From the NCBI GenBank assembly GCA_022763925.1, contig JALERW010000036.1, forward strand, positions 3,779 to 67,778: DNA of 64,000 nt, given 5' to 3'. Under the pieces are notes generated by a model. The model saw only the letters and a program-made list of their open reading frames with translations, did no database searches and had not been told where the DNA came from. Positions 57,291-64,000 of the stretch are shown piece by piece. Numbering within the stretch: position 1 is the first letter of the stretch; each line of letters begins with the position of its first letter. Source of the stretch: Lachnospiraceae bacterium (GTDB lineage: Bacteria; Bacillota; Clostridia; Lachnospirales; Lachnospiraceae). Made by a program: the position numbers and the translations under genes.

Positions 57291-58433
57291 ATGGAGGAGC
57301 GGTATATTTATAAGGGAGGAAGGCAGCTGCGTTTCGGATTTACCACGGGCACCTGTGCAGCGGCTGCGGCGAAGGCAGCCGCGCAGATGCTGCTTGACGG
57401 CCGTCCGCCCGAATCCGTGACTGTCCGGATTCCGGAGGGATCTTATCTTACCATTCCGGTGGAGATATGCCTAAGGGAGGAGGATGCCTGTATCTGTGCG
57501 GTGCGAAAGGACAGCGGGGATGATCCGGATGTTACGGACGGTATGCTTGTGTATGCGAAGGTGTCGGAGGGAAAGGATGAAAAGATGATTCTGTCTGCCG
57601 GCGAGGGCGTTGGGAGAGTGACGAGGAGCGGACTTTCCGTGCCGGTGGGGGAGCCGGCGATCAATCCGGTCCCCCGTCAGATGATCCTTCAGGCGGTTCG
57701 GGATGTCTGGGAACAATTTTCCGTATCCTGCGGAGCTTTGGTTGAAATATCGGTTCCCGGAGGGGAGGCACTGGCCAGGAAAACCTTTAATCCCCGTCTT
57801 GGCATTGAGGGAGGGATTTCCATTCTGGGGACCACCGGACTTGTGGAGCCCATGAGTGAGGAGGCACTTACCAGGACTATTGCGCTGGAAACAAAAATGG
57901 CGGTGGAGAACGGAAACGGTTATGTACTGATGGTACCGGGCAATTACGGGGAAAGCTTTGTGCGCAGCAGCCATCTGGCAGACGGGATACAGCCGGTAAA
58001 ATGCAGCAATTATGTGGGGGAAAGCCTGGATGCTGCTGCCTGCGCCGGAGCCAAGGGCGTGCTGTATGTTGCGCATATCGGAAAATTTGTCAAGCTTGCA
58101 GAGGGCATGATGAATACGCATTCTGCCTTCGGGGACGCAAGAATGGCCATCCTGTGTGCGCAGGCGGTGCGATGCGGTGCAGCTTCGCCCCTTCTTCTGG
58201 ATATTCTGGACAGTATGACAACGGATGAGGCTATTGGGCATATCCAAAAGGCAGGTCTTCTGGAACCGGTCATGGAGGGGCTGATGCGAAAGATCGAGGA
58301 GCATCTGAAGCGCAGGGCCGAAGAGCGGTTCCGGGTGGGAGCGATTGTTTTCTCCAATGTATATGGAATCCTTGGCAGGACCGGGCAGGCAGAGGAGCTT
58401 CTTGCTGCCTTGAAAAGAGAAAAGCTTCTGTGA
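57291..58433 (+). CDS. cbiD: cobalt-precorrin-5B C1-methyltransferase
   Basis: GFTTGTCAAAAAKAA, KDSGDDPDVT, KTFNPRLGI.GGISILGTTG. Confidence 0.96.
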   Translation: MEERYIYKGGRQLRFGFTTGTCAAAAAKAAAQMLLDGRPPESVTVRIPEGSYLTIPVEICLREEDACICAVRKDSGDDPDVTDGMLVYAKVSEGKDEKMILSAGEGVGRVTRSGLSVPVGEPAINPVPRQMILQAVRDVWEQFSVSCGALVEISVPGGEALARKTFNPRLGIEGGISILGTTGLVEPMSEEALTRTIALETKMAVENGNGYVLMVPGNYGESFVRSSHLADGIQPVKCSNYVGESLDAAACAGAKGVLYVAHIGKFVKLAEGMMNTHSAFGDARMAILCAQAVRCGAASPLLLDILDSMTTDEAIGHIQKAGLLEPVMEGLMRKIEEHLKRRAEERFRVGAIVFSNVYGILGRTGQAEELLAALKREKLL

Positions 58434-58492
58434 TACAATAGCATCATCGGGGAAAAGAAAGACGATGAGAAAGAAGGGAGGAACGGCGGCAT

Positions 58493-59593
58493 ATGGAGCG
58501 GATTGCAGTAATAGGCTTTACCGGCCGGGGCTGCCTTCTGGCCCTGAAGCTTTCCGAAAAGCTAAAGAGGAAGGGGATGCAGGTATCGGCTTTTGCAGTC
58601 AGGGAAGCCTTCCTGCCCGGGGCCTCCTGTGAGGAGCCGCATACCGTGTGTATGCAGGTAATGACGGGAAGCCTTACTGACTGGACGGGAGAAATGTTTC
58701 GAACGCAGGAAGCCATCCTTTTTGTCGGTGCATGCGGAATTGCTGTCCGCAGTATTGCACCGTTTCTGAAAAGCAAGTGGGAGGATCCGGCGGTGCTGGT
58801 GGCGGATGAGCTGGGAAGGCATGTGATTCCGATCCTGTCCGGACATGTGGGGGGAGCGAATGCTCTGGCCTGCTGCCTTGCAGAGCTTCTGGGGGCAGAG
58901 CCGGTCCTTACGACAGCTACCGATGTGAACGGTCATTTCGCAGTGGATGTGTTTGCAGGGACCAATGGACTTGTGATTGAAGAAAAGGAGCTGGCCAGGG
59001 AAGCGTCGGCAAGAATTCTTTCCGGAGAGCGTCTGGCATTTTTCAGTGAGCTCCCGGTGATCGGTCTGCTTCCGCCAGAGCTGTACCGGGTGGAGGAAGG
59101 CCGTTTGGGTGAGGAAGGTACAGAAAACTATCCGGATTTTGGTATTTGTGTGACAAAAACAGGAAAGAATATAGGAAAAAGGACGCTGCATCTGTATCCG
59201 TCAAGACTGTATGTGGGAATCGGATGCCGCAGATGTACCCCGAAGGACGCTGTTTCGGCTGCCGTTCGTGAGACGGTCACAAAGGCCGGATATAATATGA
59301 AGGATGTTCGGGGAATTTTTTCCATTGATCTGAAGGCTGGGGAGCCGGGAATCCTTGCGTTCTGCAGGGAGGAAGGGCTGCCCTTTCGATGTTTCTCAAA
59401 GGAGGAGTTATCGAAGGCGGAGGGGACATTTCAGACCTCTGCCTTCGTAAAAGAGGTTACCGGGATAGACAATGTATGTGAGCGTGCGGCAGTGGCCGGA
59501 AGTGAAGGAGGATGCCTGATCTGCGGGAAAAGCATCCGCGAGGGTGTAACCTGTGCGCTGGCACTTGGAAGGCAGGGAATCAGATTTGACTAG
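58493..59593 (+). CDS. cbiG: cobalt-precorrin-5A hydrolase
   Basis: GIAVRSIAP..KSK..DPAV, LSGHVGGAN, TTATD, GIGCRR, VCERAA. Confidence 0.93.
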   Translation: MERIAVIGFTGRGCLLALKLSEKLKRKGMQVSAFAVREAFLPGASCEEPHTVCMQVMTGSLTDWTGEMFRTQEAILFVGACGIAVRSIAPFLKSKWEDPAVLVADELGRHVIPILSGHVGGANALACCLAELLGAEPVLTTATDVNGHFAVDVFAGTNGLVIEEKELAREASARILSGERLAFFSELPVIGLLPPELYRVEEGRLGEEGTENYPDFGICVTKTGKNIGKRTLHLYPSRLYVGIGCRRCTPKDAVSAAVRETVTKAGYNMKDVRGIFSIDLKAGEPGILAFCREEGLPFRCFSKEELSKAEGTFQTSAFVKEVTGIDNVCERAAVAGSEGGCLICGKSIREGVTCALALGRQGIRFD

Positions 59594-61601
59594 AGAGTTG
59601 TTGATATTTGCGGGAACGACGGAAGGACGGAAGCTGGTGGATTTTGTAAGAAGAAATCAGCTTTCTGCCGAGGTTGTGGTGGCTACCGATTACGGACGGG
59701 AAATGCTGGAGGAATCCGAACGGATCCGGGTATCCTGCGGTCGGCTGGATGAGGAAGAAATGTACCGGAAGATGCAGGAGAATGCATTTGATCTGGTGCT
59801 TGACGCTACCCATCCCTATGCCCGGGAGGCCAGCGACAATATCCGGCGGGCGGCAGAACGGGCCGCCCTGTCCTATTTTCGCATTGTCCGGAGGGAAGCG
59901 GATGCGGCGGAGGGGATTCATGTGGCAACGGTGGAAGAGGCAGTGGAGTTCCTGTCCCATACAAAAGGGAATGTGCTGGTCTCTACGGGAAGCAAGGAGC
60001 TGTACAAATACCGGAAGCTGGCAGATTACCGTACAAGGGTATATCCGCGGATTCTTCCGGATGCGCAGACCGTTTCAGACTGCATGGAGATGGGATTTGA
60101 CCGGAAAAACCTGATCTGTATGCAGGGACCCTTTTCCAGGGAAATGAATGAAGCGCTGCTTGTTCAGACCAAATCACGCTGGATGGTGACGAAGGAGTCC
60201 GGGCGCGAAGGAGGCTTTGAGGAAAAGGTACTGGCAGCCCGGCAGGCAAATGCACAGCTGATCATCGTGGGAAGGCCTTCCAGGGAGGAAGGGTATTCCC
60301 TTACACAGGCAATGGATCATCTGAAAAAGCTTTATCATCTGAACGGAGGAAGACATATTACGCTGGCCGGAATCGGTATGGGCAGTGAGGGAACCATGAC
60401 CGATGAGGTGCGTCAGGCGATCGTTAATGCAGATCTTTGTATGGGTGCAGAACGGATGCTGGACTGTGCCCGGGGATATTCCTGTTCCCTCTGGAAGGGA
60501 TATCAGCCCGGAGAGATTTTTGCGTATCTGTCAGAGCATCCGGAATATGAGAATATCTGTATTCTTCTGTCCGGGGACAGCGGCTTTTACAGCGGGGCAG
60601 GTGCCCTGAAGGAGGCGCTGCTTTCCCTGGATCCGAAGCTTCGGATCCTTCCGGGGATTTCCACGATGTCCTATCTCTGCTCCAGGCTGAAGCTTTCTTA
60701 TGAGGAGGTGAAGCCGGTAAGCCTTCATGGACGAAGCGGGAACCTTGTGTTTCAGGTGGACACCCATCCGGCTGTGTTTACCCTCCTGAACGGTCAGGAG
60801 AGCGTGCAGGCCATGTGTCAGGAGCTGATGGAATACGGCCTCTTTCAGGTGCAGATTTCGGTAGGTGAGGATCTTTCTTATGGGAAGGAGAGGATCACCG
60901 AGGGTACTCCGAAGGAGCTGGTAAAGAACCGGTTTTCCGGTCTGTGTGCTGCAGTGATACGGAATCCGGATTATGTAAAGGAGGATTCCTTTGGAATTGC
61001 GGATGAGGAATGGATCCGCGGAGAAGTTCCCATGACCAAGGCGGAAGTACGGGCGGTGGTACTTTCAAAGCTGCGGCTTTCCAGTGACAGTATTATCTAT
61101 GATGTGGGCGCGGGAACCGGTTCGGTATCTGTGGAGGCGGCCAGAAAAGCCTTTGACGGAACCGTGTATGCCATTGAGGAGAAGGCGGATGCGCTGGATC
61201 TGATCCGGGAAAACAAAAGAAAGTTCCGCACGCCTAATGTGATACCCGTCTACGGGAAGGCCCCGCAGGCCATGGATCCGCTTCCGGCGCCTACGCATGC
61301 GTTCATCGGAGGAAGCAGAGGCAATCTGAAGGAAATCCTGGAACGGCTGCTTGAGAAAAATCCGGACATCCGGGTGGTACTCAATGCTGTGACTCTGGAA
61401 ACGGCAGGAGAGGCGCTGCGCTGCATAAAGGAGCAGGCCTGGTCTGAGCCGGAAATCGTGCAGGTTCAGATATCCAGAGGCAGACGGGCAGGTGCAGTTC
61501 ATCTGATGGAAGGGCAGAATCCGGTTTATGTGATTTCTTTTTGCGGGAAAAGGGAAGGGGCATCTCTGTTCGCTTCCCCGAAAGAAAGGATGGAAGAATG
61601 A
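59586..61601 (+). CDS. fused CbiJ (precorrin-6 reductase) - CbiE - CbiT (C5,C15-methyltransferase)
   Basis: IFAGTTEGR, DATHPYA, MQGPFS, TKESG; then GIGMG, SGDSGFYS, SLHGR; then PMTKAEVR, DVGAGTGSV, FIGGS; TTG start. Confidence 0.9.
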   Translation: MTRELLIFAGTTEGRKLVDFVRRNQLSAEVVVATDYGREMLEESERIRVSCGRLDEEEMYRKMQENAFDLVLDATHPYAREASDNIRRAAERAALSYFRIVRREADAAEGIHVATVEEAVEFLSHTKGNVLVSTGSKELYKYRKLADYRTRVYPRILPDAQTVSDCMEMGFDRKNLICMQGPFSREMNEALLVQTKSRWMVTKESGREGGFEEKVLAARQANAQLIIVGRPSREEGYSLTQAMDHLKKLYHLNGGRHITLAGIGMGSEGTMTDEVRQAIVNADLCMGAERMLDCARGYSCSLWKGYQPGEIFAYLSEHPEYENICILLSGDSGFYSGAGALKEALLSLDPKLRILPGISTMSYLCSRLKLSYEEVKPVSLHGRSGNLVFQVDTHPAVFTLLNGQESVQAMCQELMEYGLFQVQISVGEDLSYGKERITEGTPKELVKNRFSGLCAAVIRNPDYVKEDSFGIADEEWIRGEVPMTKAEVRAVVLSKLRLSSDSIIYDVGAGTGSVSVEAARKAFDGTVYAIEEKADALDLIRENKRKFRTPNVIPVYGKAPQAMDPLPAPTHAFIGGSRGNLKEILERLLEKNPDIRVVLNAVTLETAGEALRCIKEQAWSEPEIVQVQISRGRRAGAVHLMEGQNPVYVISFCGKREGASLFASPKERMEE

Positions 61602-63043
61602 AGCTGCCGAGAATCATGCTGGCGGGAGTATCCAGCGGAAGCGGGAAAACCCTGCTTACCTGCGGGCTCCTGGAGGCGCTGAAACAGAAAGGATACCGGG
61701 CGGGAGCATTTAAATGTGGCCCGGATTACATAGACCCCATGTTTCACCGGGCGGTGCTGGAAACGGATTCCTGTAATCTGGACCCCTGGTTCTGTGACGG
61801 TCCGATGCTGCGCTGGCTTCTTGGGACAAAGGGCTCCGGGGCGGACGTCTGCGTCCTGGAAGGCGTGATGGGATATTATGACGGGCTGGGCGGTACCAGC
61901 GACCGGGCCAGTGCCTATGAGGTGGCCCGGGAGACAAACACTCCGGTAATTCTTGTGGTGGATGCGCGCGGTATGAGCAAATCGCTTGTCCCTCTGGTGA
62001 AGGGATTTGCCGATTACCGGACGGACAGCGGTATCGTCGGGGTGATTTTTAACCGTATGAACAGCCATATGTATCCGCTGATCCGGCGTATGGCCGAAGA
62101 TGAGCTTTCAGGGGAAGGAATCCGTGTGCTCGGATATGTCCCGGAGCTTTCAGATACCGAGCTTCCCGGCAGGCATCTGGGGCTGGTGCTTCCGGAAGAG
62201 GTTAAAAACCTGAAGGAAAAGATCCAAAAGCTGGGAGCCGTTATGGCAGAAACTCTGGATATGGAAGGAATCCTGCAGGCGGCAGAATCGGCTGCCTCTC
62301 TGGAAGAAACTCTTCCTGATCAGGTTCGTCTGCTTCGGGTGCTGGCAGAGGAGGAGAAACGGGACAGGACGCCGGTGCGCATTGGTGTTGCAAAAGATGC
62401 GGCCTTTTGTTTTCTCTATCCGGAGAATCTCGAGGTACTTGCCGCTTTCGGGGCGGAGCCTGTGTTTTTTTCTCCGCTGGAGGATAAGACCCTGCCGGAG
62501 GGAATCAGCGGACTTTTGCTTTGCGGAGGATATCCGGAGCTGCATGCCGGGAAGCTGGAAGGAAATGCAGCCATGAGAGCCGCCGTGCGGGAGGCCCTTT
62601 TGCAGGGCATGCCCTGTCTCGCGGAATGCGGTGGATTTCTGTATCTTCAGGAGACGCTGAAAACCGCGGATGGAGCTGGCTGTCAGATGGCAGGCGTGCT
62701 GAAGGGAGAGGGATTCCCGGCGGGAAGACTTGTGCGGTTTGGGTATGTACGTCTGAGTGCAGAAGAGGAGAATCTCTATCTTTCGGAGGGGGAGGAGATC
62801 CGCGGCCATGAGTTCCATTACTGGGACAGTACAGAAAATGGTCAGGTGTTTGCGGCACATAAAGCCTCCGGGAGGGGAAGCACCCGGTGTATGAGACAGG
62901 AGAAGAGAATTCTGGCGGGCTTTCCTCACCTGTATTATTATTCGCAGCCTGCTCTGGCAAAGCGTTTTATCCGTCTTTGCCGGGAGTATGAAAAGGAGAG
63001 AGCTTATGCTGACAGTACTGATCGGAGGAAGCGGGAGCGGTAA
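61598..63043 (+). CDS. cbiA: cobyrinate a,c-diamide synthase
   Basis: SGSGKT, FKCGPDYIDP, EGVMGYYDG, GGYPE, AECGG, GHEFHY. Confidence 0.95.
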   Translation: MKLPRIMLAGVSSGSGKTLLTCGLLEALKQKGYRAGAFKCGPDYIDPMFHRAVLETDSCNLDPWFCDGPMLRWLLGTKGSGADVCVLEGVMGYYDGLGGTSDRASAYEVARETNTPVILVVDARGMSKSLVPLVKGFADYRTDSGIVGVIFNRMNSHMYPLIRRMAEDELSGEGIRVLGYVPELSDTELPGRHLGLVLPEEVKNLKEKIQKLGAVMAETLDMEGILQAAESAASLEETLPDQVRLLRVLAEEEKRDRTPVRIGVAKDAAFCFLYPENLEVLAAFGAEPVFFSPLEDKTLPEGISGLLLCGGYPELHAGKLEGNAAMRAAVREALLQGMPCLAECGGFLYLQETLKTADGAGCQMAGVLKGEGFPAGRLVRFGYVRLSAEEENLYLSEGEEIRGHEFHYWDSTENGQVFAAHKASGRGSTRCMRQEKRILAGFPHLYYYSQPALAKRFIRLCREYEKERAYADSTDRRKRER

Positions 63044-63575
63044 ATCCGAACTGGCTGAGGATTATGTTCTTGGACTGAAGGAAAAGGTAAATTATTATAT
63101 TGCAACCATGCATCCGTGGGGGGCAGAAGGCAGAAAGCGGGTGGAACGCCATCAAAGCTTAAGAAGCGGGAAGCCCTTTCAGACGGTGGAATGCTTCCGG
63201 AATGTGGGAAGCCTGGTTCTACCGGAAAAGGGAGCGGTTCTGCTGGAATGCCTGTCCAATCTGGTTGCCAATGAGCTGTTTGATGAGCCGGGGCCGGAAG
63301 GGACCGAATGGTACGTAAAGAAGCTGTCGGAGGATCTGGAGAAGCTGGAGCGTCAGTGCCGGCATCTGGTGATCGTGACCAACGACCTGTTTGCGGACGG
63401 CATTTGTTATGAAGAGCAGACCATGCAGTATCTGGAGGTCCTTGGAAGGCTCAACCGGTACCTGGGATGCCGGGCAGATCTTCTGATTGAGGCAGCAGCC
63501 GGACGGCCGGATGTTCGGAAGAGAGCAAAAAAAACAGAAATCACACGCGGGGAGGAAGGACCATGCGCATTTTAA
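63006..63575 (+). CDS. cobU: adenosylcobinamide kinase / phosphate guanylyltransferase
   Basis: GGSGSGKS, YIATM, RVERH..R, LLECLSNLVAN. Confidence 0.92.
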   Translation: MLTVLIGGSGSGKSELAEDYVLGLKEKVNYYIATMHPWGAEGRKRVERHQSLRSGKPFQTVECFRNVGSLVLPEKGAVLLECLSNLVANELFDEPGPEGTEWYVKKLSEDLEKLERQCRHLVIVTNDLFADGICYEEQTMQYLEVLGRLNRYLGCRADLLIEAAAGRPDVRKRAKKTEITRGEEGPCAF

Positions 63576-64000
63576 ACAGTATGCTGATTGCATTTTCCAT
63601 GTATTCGAAAATTCCTGTGCCGGCAGTGGAGTGGAAGAAGGAAAATATGCGCTATGTCATGTGCTTTTTTCCGCTGGTTGGTACGGTCCTTGGATTTCTG
63701 TACACGGGACTCTTCCTGCTCTGCAGAGCACTTGGAATCGGTCAGATCCTGTCGGCGGTTCTTCTGACCCTCCTTCCGGTGCTGTTAAGCGGAGGTATCC
63801 ACATGGATGGACTGATGGATACCATGGATGCGCTGAGCTCTTATCAGTCCAGGGAGAAGAAGCTGGAAATACTGAAGGATTCCCGGGCGGGTGCTTTTGC
63901 TGTACTTTCCTGCGGCTGTTATCTTCTGCTGAGCTTCGGGCAGAACAGTGAGTTTTTTGCGCTCCTTTCAGGGGATGCTCCCGGAACATACCGCTCTCTT
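63563..64000 (+). CDS. cobS: adenosylcobinamide-GDP ribazoletransferase (partial, runs off the window)
   Basis: read directly: MRILNSMLIAFSMYSKIP...FFPLVG...GGIHMDGLMDTMDA...KLEILKDSRAGAF. Confidence 0.92.
   Translation, partial: MRILNSMLIAFSMYSKIPVPAVEWKKENMRYVMCFFPLVGTVLGFLYTGLFLLCRALGIGQILSAVLLTLLPVLLSGGIHMDGLMDTMDALSSYQSREKKLEILKDSRAGAFAVLSCGCYLLLSFGQNSEFFALLSGDAPGTYRSL

Noticed and set aside
1-64000. CRISPR arrays, IS/prophage genes, tRNA/rRNA, defence systems
   Set aside because: no repeat-spacer periodicity, transposase/integrase motifs or structural RNA genes seen; intergenic gaps are short and accounted for

Overview
This 64 kb window is chromosomal DNA from a spore-forming Clostridia-class bacterium; gene order and spoIVA suggest a Lachnospiraceae-like organism (inference). 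Every credible gene lies on the + strand. In order it contains: pta and two tandem ackA genes; a cobalamin-riboswitch-controlled operon (lipoprotein CbiK, a membrane-anchored protein with two NEAT-like domains, and a BtuFCD/FecBCD-type ABC importer); the housekeeping block yceD-rpmF-plsX-acpP-rnc-smc-ftsY-(ilvA)-ylxM-ffh-rpsP-khpA-rimM-trmD-(ansA)-rplS-lepB-rbgA-lepB-rnhB-yraN-pgeF-DUF512-der-plsY-gpsA; an 8-gene nucleoside uptake/catabolism island between gpsA and spoIVA; glxK, punA and mscL; and an anaerobic cobamide biosynthesis cluster that runs off the right end in cobS. The most notable items are a stand-alone MgsA/RarA C-terminal-like protein inside the nucleoside island, the B12-regulated NEAT-like/CbiK surface module, and a nucleoside-type deaminase plus an uncalled 33-aa ORF inserted between cobT and cbiD. 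Two regulatory features also stand out: a 22-bp palindrome shared by the yceD and ylxM promoters, and a hairpin that could shield spoIVA from read-through. No rRNA, tRNA, CRISPR array or mobile element was seen. All calls come from manual motif recognition; no database search was run.
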